39,047 bases of DNA. It comes from Flavobacteriales bacterium (lineage in GTDB: Bacteria > Bacteroidota > Bacteroidia > Flavobacteriales_D > JABDKJ01). Made by a program: the position numbers and the translations under genes. The stretch is taken from the NCBI GenBank assembly GCA_013001705.1, contig JABDLZ010000310.1, positions 1 to 39,047 on the forward strand, given 5' to 3'. A model generated the notes under the pieces. It saw nothing but the letters and a program-made list of their open reading frames with translations. It made no database searches and was not told where the DNA came from. Positions 9,719 through 18,430 of the stretch are shown here, piece after piece. How positions within the stretch are numbered: the stretch's first letter is position 1; each line of letters starts with the position of its first letter.

Positions 9719-10411
9719 TCAGAGAATCTCTCTCAACTCCCGTAGTTCTTCGATGACATAAGTGGGACGTATGTCCTGCGCCTTCTGATACGGATTGAAG
9801 AATACCTGATCCATCCCGAAGTGTTGTGCTCCTTTGATATCGGCTTCGAGATTATCCCCGATCATGATGGACACATCCGGAGTGGTGGTCGCCTCTTGCA
9901 TGGCCCTTCTGAAGATCCGCTCGTGAGGTTTCCGCTGTCCTACCATCTCAGAAGTGATCACCTTGGAGAAGAAGGGTAATAGACCCGACTGTTCGAGTTT
10001 GATGTGCTGCACTTCTTCAAATCCATTGGTGATGATGTGCATCTGATAGCCCTTCTCACGTAGATACTCCAATGTCTCGATGGCATAGGGAAAGAGTGCC
10101 GTCTGATACGGGCTGCGTTTGACATATTGGTCGGCCAAGGTCCAGGAGAGGGCCTCATCATCGAATCCGAATCGGATAAGCGCATCACGGAAACGACCGA
10201 TACGCAACACCTTCTTGGTCACTCTACCCGCTCTATATTGCTGCCAGTAGTTGTCATTGACCTCCACATAGGTCTGATGAAAACGATCGAAATCTGTGGA
10301 TAGCGGATTCAGATAGTCATTGAACAACTCTTGGAGAGCGCTCCGGGAATTGGTGTCGAAATCCCAGAGGGTGTGATCCAGGTCGAAGAAAAGGTCTCTA
10401 TATCTATCCAC
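9719..10411 (-). CDS. HAD-superfamily hydrolase, YjjG-like (noncanonical pyrimidine nucleotidase type)
   Basis: 'FFDLDHTLWDF' motif I, 'IITNG' motif II and 'MIGDNLEADIKGA' motif IV. GTG start at 10411; there is no in-frame ATG upstream of motif I. Confidence 0.72.
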   Translation of the reverse strand: MDRYRDLFFDLDHTLWDFDTNSRSALQELFNDYLNPLSTDFDRFHQTYVEVNDNYWQQYRAGRVTKKVLRIGRFRDALIRFGFDDEALSWTLADQYVKRSPYQTALFPYAIETLEYLREKGYQMHIITNGFEEVQHIKLEQSGLLPFFSKVITSEMVGQRKPHERIFRRAMQEATTTPDVSIMIGDNLEADIKGAQHFGMDQVFFNPYQKAQDIRPTYVIEELRELREIL

Positions 10412-10844
10412 TGAATAAGTTTCTGATCAGCCAAGAGACCGATGTGAGCATGAAGGTCCATACGGTGAATGCCAGCATCATGGAAGGGATAGCTCTGGCA
10501 GGTTCTCGAAAGAATTTAGCGGTCACCAATCCTGCAATGGGCACGGAGATGATACCTGCGATGACACCCATTCCCCGTATCCCGTATTTCATCTTGATAC
10601 GGATGATGCGTCTATTCAATCGGGTGAATCGCCTAGCAGGTCGTTTGCGCATGCGATTCAGATTGCCGAAGATGAGGTCACCAAAAAAATAGAATGCACT
10701 GAATCCGATGGATGATGAGATCGACACCAAGACAAAGGTGGTCGTCCAGCTATAGCCAGCAGCGATCATAGTACTCGGAGTGATAACGAACTTGATCACT
10801 GCGAGTAGGAACCATGCTAGATATTCGTACAGTTCGCTATCCAT
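10404..10844 (-). CDS. small integral membrane protein, function unknown
   Basis: 146 aa with four hydrophobic segments split by a very basic loop ('RMRKRPARRFTRLNRRIIRIKMK'). Its ATG (10844-10842) overlaps the upp TGA by 1 nt, and its TAG lies 8 nt inside the HAD gene. Confidence 0.6.
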   Translation of the reverse strand: MDSELYEYLAWFLLAVIKFVITPSTMIAAGYSWTTTFVLVSISSSIGFSAFYFFGDLIFGNLNRMRKRPARRFTRLNRRIIRIKMKYGIRGMGVIAGIISVPIAGLVTAKFFREPARAIPSMMLAFTVWTFMLTSVSWLIRNLFSG

Positions 10845-11494
10845 CACTGCTTGGCCCCATAGGCCAGATCTCCTGCGTCACCCAATCCGGGAACGATGTA
10901 GGACATGTCATTGAGTTCAGGGTCGATGGCTCCGCAATGTATGGTGGTGTTGTCTGGAAGATGTTTTTGAATGGTGCGTATGCCTACATTGCTTGCGATA
11001 GCGCAGGCTACATGCACTTTGGAAGGTGTACCTCTTTCAATCAATGCCTCATATGCAAGTATCAAAGAGGTGCCTGTGGCCAACATGGGATCACAGAGGA
11101 TCAATTCCTTGCCTTCTAGATCCGGGCATGCGATATATTCTACCTCCACTTCGATCTCATCAGAATTCCCATGGGGTTTGCGGTAGGCGGATACAAAGGC
11201 ATTCTCAGCACGATCGAAATAATTCAACATGCCCTGATGGATGGTAAGCCCTGCGCGCAATATCGACACGATCACGGGCTGATTCTTCATGAGCATCTGG
11301 TCGATCTTCCCTAAAGGTGTGGTGACATTCTGCGGGTCGTAGTCCATCAATTTGGAGATCTCGTAACCCATTACTTCTCCTATGCGCTCTAGATTCCTTC
11401 TGAATCGAAGTGGGTCCTTCTGGACATCCACATCCCTGATCTCGGCAATGAAATGATTGCATACCGAACGTTCTAGACTGAGATCTCTGAGCAT
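10844..11494 (-). CDS. upp: uracil phosphoribosyltransferase
   Basis: 'LCDPMLATGTS' PRPP-binding loop and C-terminal 'YIVPGLGDAGD'. Confidence 0.92.
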   Translation of the reverse strand: MLRDLSLERSVCNHFIAEIRDVDVQKDPLRFRRNLERIGEVMGYEISKLMDYDPQNVTTPLGKIDQMLMKNQPVIVSILRAGLTIHQGMLNYFDRAENAFVSAYRKPHGNSDEIEVEVEYIACPDLEGKELILCDPMLATGTSLILAYEALIERGTPSKVHVACAIASNVGIRTIQKHLPDNTTIHCGAIDPELNDMSYIVPGLGDAGDLAYGAKQ

Positions 11495-11510
11495 AGGGAA
11501 TTCTTTGTGT

Positions 11511-11518
11511 CAAAGATA
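11511..11518 (-). promoter_or_regulatory. -7 promoter box TATCTTTG (TAnnTTTG) for upp
   Basis: Perfect match on the minus strand in the 41-bp gap upstream of upp, with 16 nt between the box and the ATG at 11494. Confidence 0.45.
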
Positions 11519-11535
11519 TCTCTACCCAGAGAACC

Positions 11536-12444
11536 TCATATCAGGTTTTCGATGGCAGATTCGAAGTCGGGATAGGAAAAATCGAATCCAGCTTTATGCA
11601 AGGCTCCGGGCACGACATGGCTACTCTCCAATATCAGACTGGGCTCTATGCCCATGATGTACGCGCCTAACTTTATTCCAAAAGCAGGAGCGGGCAGGCC
11701 GAATGGCATGCCTATAGCCTTTCTCAGCTTACGCATCATGTCTGCGTTGGTCAGCGGACCTGGAGCGGCCAGATTGAAGATGCCGGAGAGCCCTTCATGG
11801 TCCATGATAAATTTCACCGCCCTACAGAGATCCTGGTAGTGGATCCAACTGACCATCTGCTTTCCGCTACCTTGTCTACCTCCCAGTCCTAAGCGTGTGA
11901 TACGTAGGATAGGAGGGAGGAATCCATCCTCAGCATTGAGTACTGGGGTGATACGTAAGATGACCTGACGGGTGCCTTCTCGCTGGAATTTCAAAGCTGC
12001 TTCTTCCCAGGCCACGCTCAGTTGAGATTTGAATCCCTCACCGATCTCTTTCACCGTTTCATCATTGGCTTGCGCTGGCCCAGTGGCCGGATAGATGGCC
12101 GCACCTGAGGCATTGAACCAAATATGTGGTGGTCGCTCGGCCAATTGTATCGCTGTTCCTATAGTCGTGGTCGTATCGACCCGTGAATCATATAGCGCCT
12201 TCTTATTTGATTCGGTAAAGCGGGATTGGATGGATTTTCCTGCCAAATTGATCACCACATCAGCACCATCCAGTTCACGACTCCATGCACCTTGTTCCTT
12301 CCCGTCCCATTTCACCTTTCTAAAGCCATCCCCACTGCCTGCCGATCGACTGAGTACTACGATGTCTGAAAAACGTTCCTTGAGATGCTGGATGAGGAAC
12401 TGTCCGATCGTTCCTGTTCCTCCTGCGATTACGAGTTTGTCCAT
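11536..12444 (-). CDS. TIGR01777-type (YfcH / SDR39U1-like) epimerase-family oxidoreductase
   Basis: 'VIAGGTGTIGQ' Rossmann motif, ~300 aa, and a C-terminal DUF1731-like segment ('LESSHVVPGALHKAGFDFSYPDFESA'). Confidence 0.82.
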   Translation of the reverse strand: MDKLVIAGGTGTIGQFLIQHLKERFSDIVVLSRSAGSGDGFRKVKWDGKEQGAWSRELDGADVVINLAGKSIQSRFTESNKKALYDSRVDTTTTIGTAIQLAERPPHIWFNASGAAIYPATGPAQANDETVKEIGEGFKSQLSVAWEEAALKFQREGTRQVILRITPVLNAEDGFLPPILRITRLGLGGRQGSGKQMVSWIHYQDLCRAVKFIMDHEGLSGIFNLAAPGPLTNADMMRKLRKAIGMPFGLPAPAFGIKLGAYIMGIEPSLILESSHVVPGALHKAGFDFSYPDFESAIENLI

Positions 12445-12500
12445 GCTTGTTCGGTCTGTCTAAGAGAGTGAATTGTATCTAGGTTCGCTGTACAGCCTCT

Positions 12501-13778
12501 TCAGCCGAAAAGTGCGCTCTCGAGCACACTGCGCCATCCCACCCATTCCCCTTGACGGGCTGCAGAGTGATTGTGCCATAAGACGACCAAGGTACCGTTG
12601 ACTGCTTGTACGCTTTCTCTCAATTGTAGAACTCGCTCTGTGGCGCTTTCCCTATCCAATCCCATGTAATCCTTCAAGCTGGAATCCATGATGTGTGTAG
12701 GCACTACATAAAGTGGAGTGGACTCTTCGCTGAGAAGGTCATACCAGCGGAAGGCTGTGCAGGTTCCTGCTCTGAACCCAATATGATCGGCATAGCCCAT
12801 CGAATAATCCTCCTCGATCCCTTGACGGATCAATCTGCGGTAGGTCTCAGGAAGTTCCACCTTCAGGTAATGCTGTCTGCTGCGGGTTGTCTTCTGACCG
12901 GTGATCTTCTCCAAACGGCCGATCTCTTTCTTCAGGATGCGCTCTTTTTCGTGAGACCGCATACTGGGATGGATGCCTACATCGCTCCATGAGGAGATGT
13001 CTTGGATAAGAGTCCTCAAAATAGGCTGTCGGTGCGATAGATTCTTATCCAATGGACCGTAGTTGCCTAGCAAGAAGAAGTGCTTGCACTTGGACCCCGA
13101 TTGGGCACAGATGCGCTGCTGATAGGAGTAGCTGTCGAAGTTATCGGCTTGCTCACCGTTCAGGACCCTTCTGCGTTCTTTCCATCGTTCCCATTTCAGG
13201 GTGAAGAGGTCCTTGAGCGAGCTTCTCCATCTGCGCCAGAATCCTCTTCCCCTATAGCAATAGGCGACATCTATATCAAAGGTGGGAAGCACTTCGAACT
13301 CGCGTTGAATAGGTGGCAGACTGGCGAACCGATGACGCAAGGCCTGGTACAATTGGATGACCCATTCATCTACCACGGGCCGTTCGATCAGGCCCGCTTT
13401 GAATAGCAATGAATCAGATGCTTTTGCCCTGCCGTACCTGTCCCGGTCGGGATGAAGGTATTCTTCATAGCGCGTAAGCAGGAAGAAGCTGGCAGCCAGG
13501 ATGTCCTGATCCACTAGGTCGGAGTCTACAGGGAAGAGCTTGCCTGCATCATCGAATGATTGCCCGATGGACCGCACCCCCTGCTCAAACAACAAGGAGT
13601 GAGGGCGGATATAAGGTATCCCATCGATTGTCTCGTGAGAATAGTTCAGTGCCGAAGTACCCTGTAGGCCCGATCGATCCGAGGTGAGGATAACGGGACA
13701 GTCCAATAAATCCTCGAACAGGACCTTTGCGATATAGCTCAATCGCGGGCTGATATTATCCGAGTAAATGGTCAGCAT
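12501..13778 (-). CDS. polysaccharide-deacetylase-like protein with a Bacteroidota-typical N-terminal domain (DUF7033-like), function unproven
   Basis: The N-terminus 'MLTIYSDNISPRLSYIAKVLF' matches, from memory, a conserved family annotated as polysaccharide deacetylase family protein. The C-terminal half has 'GIHPS' and 'SRQHYL' motifs. Its ATG overlaps the wecB stop (ATGCTGA). Confidence 0.5.
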   Translation of the reverse strand: MLTIYSDNISPRLSYIAKVLFEDLLDCPVILTSDRSGLQGTSALNYSHETIDGIPYIRPHSLLFEQGVRSIGQSFDDAGKLFPVDSDLVDQDILAASFFLLTRYEEYLHPDRDRYGRAKASDSLLFKAGLIERPVVDEWVIQLYQALRHRFASLPPIQREFEVLPTFDIDVAYCYRGRGFWRRWRSSLKDLFTLKWERWKERRRVLNGEQADNFDSYSYQQRICAQSGSKCKHFFLLGNYGPLDKNLSHRQPILRTLIQDISSWSDVGIHPSMRSHEKERILKKEIGRLEKITGQKTTRSRQHYLKVELPETYRRLIRQGIEEDYSMGYADHIGFRAGTCTAFRWYDLLSEESTPLYVVPTHIMDSSLKDYMGLDRESATERVLQLRESVQAVNGTLVVLWHNHSAARQGEWVGWRSVLESALFG

Positions 13779-14902
13779 GACAGATTCTTTGAGAGAATGT
13801 GACAGATCTCCTCTGCGCTCTTTCCGTTTCCGTATAAAGGTGGGTAATCAAAACTTTGCTGGCAAAGGTCTATCGCTCCTCGGATGATCCGATCCGGCTC
13901 ATTTCCTACCAGAAGGGAATTTCCATTGTCTACCAGTTCGGTCCATTCCGTCTCTTCACGTAAGACCACACATGGCCTTTTAGAGAAGAAGGCTTCCTTC
14001 TGCACTCCTCCAGAATCAGTGATGACCATTCTGCATCTACTTTCCAAAGCGATCATCTCCAGAAAACCCACAGGAGGAATCAGTCTCAAAGAGTTCGAGC
14101 CTCCATGGCGATCGAGCAGATTGGCATGCTTTTTCAAACGTGGATGTACCGGTAGAATGACCGGGGCGAGTTCTGTGCCTATCCTTTCCAATGCACCCAG
14201 TATGCCGGTAAGCACTTCAGGGTCATCGGCATTGACCGGTCGGTGACAGGTAGCAAGTATGAATTCTTCAGGAAGATCGTCCAGTCCTGGAATGGATGAA
14301 AGGTCGATGGGCTGTTCCGTAAAGTGCAGATGGTTGTCGTACATGATATCACCGGTCATGAAGATTCCCGGTGATTCCAAGCTAGGCCTTTCATCGTGAG
14401 CCACCAGACCTTCCTGTTGGAGGTGTTGTACTGCTGTTGGAGTAGGGCAGAACAGGAAAGAAGATAGATGGTCACTTGCGATGCGATTGCATTCTTCAGG
14501 CATGCTCCGATCGAATGAGCGAAGGCCGGCTTCTACGTGTATGACCGGGATTCCTAGGGAGTAGGCTGCGAGAGCAGCTCCCAGTGTGCTGTTGGTATCC
14601 CCATATACCATGACTGCATCAGGTACTATGTCCTTGAATGCGGATTCGCATCCCTTGATCATCTCGGAGGTCTGTGTGGCATGGCTTCCACTCCCTGTAT
14701 CGAGTTGGATCTGTGGAGAGGTCAGACCTAGCTCTGTGTAGAATACAGAGGACATCTCCCTGTGATAGTGTTGACCGGTATGCAGTGTGCTCAATTCCAA
14801 TCGATCAGCATAGTTTGTGTGTACTGCCCGCTCGATAGCTGCACTCTTGATGATCTGGGGTCGCGCCCCTACCACTTGCATCACATGGGGTCTCTTACTC
14901 AT
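13772..14902 (-). CDS. wecB: UDP-N-acetylglucosamine 2-epimerase (non-hydrolysing)
   Basis: 'VVGARPQIIKSA', 'VYGDTNSTL', 'HVEAGLRS' and 'ITDSGGVQKEA' motifs. Confidence 0.9.
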   Translation of the reverse strand: MSKRPHVMQVVGARPQIIKSAAIERAVHTNYADRLELSTLHTGQHYHREMSSVFYTELGLTSPQIQLDTGSGSHATQTSEMIKGCESAFKDIVPDAVMVYGDTNSTLGAALAAYSLGIPVIHVEAGLRSFDRSMPEECNRIASDHLSSFLFCPTPTAVQHLQQEGLVAHDERPSLESPGIFMTGDIMYDNHLHFTEQPIDLSSIPGLDDLPEEFILATCHRPVNADDPEVLTGILGALERIGTELAPVILPVHPRLKKHANLLDRHGGSNSLRLIPPVGFLEMIALESRCRMVITDSGGVQKEAFFSKRPCVVLREETEWTELVDNGNSLLVGNEPDRIIRGAIDLCQQSFDYPPLYGNGKSAEEICHILSKNLSC

Positions 14903-15591
14903 TACATGAGGCCTTCATCGGCAAAGCTGTAGAAGCCCTGGGTGCTGATGATCAGGTGGTCGAGTACGCTTATATCCAGCAGTTTTCCAGCCGACCTGAC
15001 CTGCTCGGTCAGAGCGATGTCCTGCTTGCTCGGACTGAGATTACCCGAAGGGTGGTTATGTGCCAGAATAATGGCCGAGGCTCTTTTGTCCAGAGCGGTC
15101 TTGAAGATGATCTTGGGGTCGACCACGGTGCCGGCCACACCTCCAGCGCTTATCTTCTCCCGATGGGTGACCTTGTTGTTTCGATTGAGAATGAGCATCA
15201 GGAATTCCTCGTGATGAAGATCGTCTATCTCAGGTGCGATGAGTTCATAGGCGTCCTTGCTGGAGCGTATCTGAGGCCGTTCTTCGGAGTGTTCTGCCCG
15301 CCTCCTTCTTCCCAGCTCGAGAGCCGCGATGATGGTGATGGCCTTGGCTTCCCCTATGCCTTTGTAGCGCATGAGTTCTTCGACATTGAGTCTACCTAGG
15401 TCATTGAGGCTATGGCCACTCCCCGCCAGTATCTGTTTGGAAAGGTCGACTGCGCTCAGCTCCTTGGTGCCTGAGCCTATGAGTATGGCAATCAATTCGG
15501 CATCGCTCAGTGCGGCTCTTCCTTTGAGAAGGAGCTTTTCCCTCGGGCGGTCATCCTCGGCCCAAGTGGTGATAGGGGCATGATCCTGCAT
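14902..15591 (-). CDS. radC: RadC-family JAMM/MPN-domain protein
   Basis: N-terminal HhH region ('RPREKLL', 'LSDAELIAILIGSG') and C-terminal JAMM motif 'LAHNHPSGNLSPSKQD'. Its TAA overlaps the wecB ATG by 1 nt. Confidence 0.9.
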   Translation of the reverse strand: MQDHAPITTWAEDDRPREKLLLKGRAALSDAELIAILIGSGTKELSAVDLSKQILAGSGHSLNDLGRLNVEELMRYKGIGEAKAITIIAALELGRRRRAEHSEERPQIRSSKDAYELIAPEIDDLHHEEFLMLILNRNNKVTHREKISAGGVAGTVVDPKIIFKTALDKRASAIILAHNHPSGNLSPSKQDIALTEQVRSAGKLLDISVLDHLIISTQGFYSFADEGLM

Positions 15592-15616
15592 GGGCTAAAT
15601 ATAGCTGAGGTGAAAC

Positions 15617-15643
15617 AAAAAACCCTGCTCGTTCTGAGCAGGG
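15617..15643 (-). terminator. rho-independent terminator after rpsT
   Basis: On the minus strand there is an 8-bp GC-rich stem (CCCTGCTC/GAGCAGGG, 15623-15630 and 15636-15643) with a 5-nt loop, followed by TTTTTT (15622-15617), 27 nt after the rpsT stop. Confidence 0.72.
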
Positions 15644-15669
15644 TCTCTTTATCTTGATTTCTTGATATA

Positions 15670-15924
15670 TCAGCCCAATGAAGCTACGTGCTTGGCCAAT
15701 TTGGATTTGAGATTGGCAGCCTTGTTCTTATGGATGATATTGCGTTTTACCAATCCATCGATCAGGCTTGCGACCTCCGGGAATTTCTTCTCACCCTCTT
15801 TCTTGTCGGTCAGTTCACGTAGGTCTCTGACAGCATTACGCATGGTCTTGTGGTAATACTTGTTACGCACACGTCTCTTCTCAGAGGACCTGATACGTTT
15901 CATTGCTGACTTGATATTCGCCAT
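15670..15924 (-). CDS. rpsT: 30S ribosomal protein S20
   Basis: 84 aa, 'MANIKSAMKRIR' N-terminus, highly basic. Confidence 0.93.
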   Translation of the reverse strand: MANIKSAMKRIRSSEKRRVRNKYYHKTMRNAVRDLRELTDKKEGEKKFPEVASLIDGLVKRNIIHKNKAANLKSKLAKHVASLG

Positions 15925-15940
15925 GTTGTCTTATCTTAAG

Positions 15941-16012
15941 TAGCCCGTAGGGGAATCGAACCCCTGTTGCCAGGATGAAAACCTGGAGTCCTAACCACTA
16001 GACGAACGGGCC
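15941..16012 (-). tRNA. tRNA-Glu (anticodon TTC)
   Basis: The reverse complement reads GGCCCGT...ACGGGCT-A. Anticodon stem CCAGG/CCTGG with loop TTTTCAT. T-arm GGGGTTCGATTCCCC. 72 nt, no encoded CCA. Confidence 0.9.
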
Positions 16013-16030
16013 ATTTTTATAAATGGAGTG

Positions 16031-16060
16031 CAAATCTAAAACATTTTGTACTTGGAACAA
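16031..16060 (-). promoter_or_regulatory. Bacteroidota-type promoter (-33 TTG, 19-nt spacer, -7 TAGATTTG) for tRNA-Glu and probably rpsT
   Basis: On the minus strand, TTG at 16060-16058 and TAGATTTG at 16038-16031. The tRNA 5' end is 18 nt downstream of the box. Confidence 0.55.
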
Positions 16061-16077
16061 TAGACACCACCAAAAAA

Positions 16078-16773
16078 TCAGGACCTGATCTCATCCTCCC
16101 TTTCAGCCGAGAATTGGAAGCCGAAGCGCTTGCCGGTCTTGATAGCGTGGGTCTTGCCTATCTGATTCACTTCTCTGACCGAGGTCGTGTTGACTTGGTT
16201 GTATGGAGGTACCAGTAGGTCGAAATCCAAACTGTAGAGCAAGGCCGATTCCAAGACCCGCTTCCAGGTCTCTGCGTCCAATGTGTTATTGACGAAGTCA
16301 TTGTAGAGGTATCCCAACTGTCTTCGCCCTTCTACCAGATAGTGGTCCTCTGAATTGACGAAGACCCTCCCGATCATATATCCTATGTCGTTGACACGGT
16401 TGAGTCTGAAAGAGTCAGCTAAGAAATTGTAGATGTGGATGATGCCGCAATAAGCGCGGTCATTATTCTCTTTGACATAGCTCGTATTCCACACATGATG
16501 ACCCTGAGGGAATTGAAAGACATTGGAGTGCATGTAGAAGATAAGGGTATCCCCCGCCATGGTGAGTCTGCTCTCGAAGCGAGTCACTTCCTCGAATTTG
16601 ATCTCTAAGCGCTTATCGAAAGAGTGCACTTTTTCATCCAATTCTGTGGCAAATGCTGCGAGTACCTTATTAAGCGACTCGAATTGCTCAACAGTGTTCT
16701 CGTAGACATTGCGCTTAAGACAGGATCGCTCCTTGATGGTCTCTATGAGAAGGTCTTTGTTCTCTCCAGGCAT
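16078..16773 (-). CDS. conserved-looking cytoplasmic hypothetical protein (231 aa)
   Basis: Long ORF with no hydrophobic segments and coding-like composition. ATG 16773 is chosen because the ORF-track start (16833) would overlap the proS 3' end by 58 nt. The chosen ATG lies 2 nt after the proS TGA. Confidence 0.6.
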   Translation of the reverse strand: MPGENKDLLIETIKERSCLKRNVYENTVEQFESLNKVLAAFATELDEKVHSFDKRLEIKFEEVTRFESRLTMAGDTLIFYMHSNVFQFPQGHHVWNTSYVKENNDRAYCGIIHIYNFLADSFRLNRVNDIGYMIGRVFVNSEDHYLVEGRRQLGYLYNDFVNNTLDAETWKRVLESALLYSLDFDLLVPPYNQVNTTSVREVNQIGKTHAIKTGKRFGFQFSAEREDEIRS

Positions 16774-16775
16774 GA

Positions 16776-18254
16776 TCAATAGGATTTGGCAAACAAGACT
16801 CGCTGTTCTGATGGTTTTCCAGAGTAGATACAAGTCCCTGCTTCTAAAGGATTATCCAATGGGATGTTGCGGATGGTGGCCTTGGTCTCCTCTTTGATCT
16901 TCTGCTCGGTCTCTGCGGTTCCGTCCCAATGGGCATAGACCAATCCGCCTTTTGTATCTAAGATATCCTTGAACTCATCATAGGAATCTGCAGTACGAGT
17001 ATTCTCGTCCATGAATTTCTTGGCTCGGTCGAAGAGGTTATTCTGTATGTCCTCTAGGAGTTGAGGAATGTGCTCACCGAGCTCGGCCATTGCAATGGTC
17101 TCTTTGGATTTGGTATCCCGCCTAGCAACTTCTACGGTGCCATTCTCCAGATCCCGAGGACCGATGGCCAATCGCACAGGGATACCCTTCAGCTCATATT
17201 CTGCAAATTTCCATCCGGGTTTCTTGGTATCTGCATTATCGAATCGGACGCTGATCCCTTGCTCCTTGAGGGCAGGAAGGATCTGTTCATTGACGGCAGC
17301 GCTGATGGAGGACAGTTGTTCCTCTCCCTTGTAGATCGGGACGATCACGACCTGTAATGGTGCGAGTTTCGGAGGAATGACCAGTCCGGCATCATCCGAA
17401 TGACTCATGATCAAAGCTCCCATCAAGCGGGTGCTGACCCCCCAAGAAGTGGCCCAAACATAATCCTGTACTCCTTCCTTATTGGCAAAACGCACATCGA
17501 AAGCTTTGGCAAAATTCTGTCCGAGAAAGTGGGAGGTACCTGCCTGGAGCGCTTTACCATCCTGCATCAGAGCTTCGATAGAGTAGGTATCCACAGCTCC
17601 TGCAAATCGCTCGCTTTCGGTCTTGACCCCTTTGATCACAGGCACGGCCATGTAATTCTCGGCAAAGTCAGAATAGACATCCAGCATCTGCCGAGTTTCT
17701 TGCACGGCCTCTTCTGCGGTGGCATGAGCTGTATGACCTTCTTGCCAGAGGAACTCAGCCGTACGTAAGAAGAGCCGGGTACGCATCTCCCATCGTACGA
17801 CATTGGCCCATTGGTTGATCAGCAAGGGGAGGTCGCGATAGGATTGGATCCAGCCTTTGTAGGTATTCCAGATGATGGTCTCTGAGGTCGGGCGAATGAT
17901 GAGTTCCTCTTCCAAGCGCGCCTCGGGGTCCACGATAACACCTGAGCCATCTGGGTCATTCTTCAGGCGGTAGTGGGTGACTACCGCACATTCCTTGGCA
18001 AATCCTTCCACATGGTCGGCTTCTTTGCTCAGGTAGGATTTGGGAATGAATAGCGGGAAATAGGCATTCTGATGACCTGTAGCCTTGAACATATCATCCA
18101 AGGTGCGTTGCATCTTCTCCCATATCCCATAACCATGGGGTTTGATGACCATGCATCCACGTACATCGGAGTGTTCGGCCAGGTCGGCCTTTACTACCAA
18201 TTCATTGTACCAATCCGAGTAATTCTCTGCTCTGCTCGTAAGTCCTTTAGCCAT
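16776..18254 (-). CDS. proS: proline--tRNA ligase (archaeal/eukaryote-like class II type)
   Basis: 492 aa with 'RPTSETIIW', '[16 protein letters not shown]', class II motifs, a C-terminal zinc-binding-like domain and the family-typical terminal Y ('...LFAKSY'). Confidence 0.95.
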   Translation of the reverse strand: MAKGLTSRAENYSDWYNELVVKADLAEHSDVRGCMVIKPHGYGIWEKMQRTLDDMFKATGHQNAYFPLFIPKSYLSKEADHVEGFAKECAVVTHYRLKNDPDGSGVIVDPEARLEEELIIRPTSETIIWNTYKGWIQSYRDLPLLINQWANVVRWEMRTRLFLRTAEFLWQEGHTAHATAEEAVQETRQMLDVYSDFAENYMAVPVIKGVKTESERFAGAVDTYSIEALMQDGKALQAGTSHFLGQNFAKAFDVRFANKEGVQDYVWATSWGVSTRLMGALIMSHSDDAGLVIPPKLAPLQVVIVPIYKGEEQLSSISAAVNEQILPALKEQGISVRFDNADTKKPGWKFAEYELKGIPVRLAIGPRDLENGTVEVARRDTKSKETIAMAELGEHIPQLLEDIQNNLFDRAKKFMDENTRTADSYDEFKDILDTKGGLVYAHWDGTAETEQKIKEETKATIRNIPLDNPLEAGTCIYSGKPSEQRVLFAKSY

Positions 18255-18430
18255 GGGACAGCATCGTAATTTATAGACCGCTCATAATCCGCTGGGAATC
18301 AAGGCTCGACTCCTTGGATATGGTACGGATTTTGCTGATAATTCAAGAGTGTGGCCAAAAGTAGCTAAATTTAAAACGGACGTTTTCAGGATCGACACTA
18401 TCCTCATCATGTCCTTTAATATCTGAATCG

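Noticed and set aside
14902-15591. radC as a marker of a mobile element or defence island.
   Set aside because: This is a full-length chromosomal-type RadC (HhH plus JAMM) flanked by rpsT and wecB, with no phage, conjugation or defence genes nearby.
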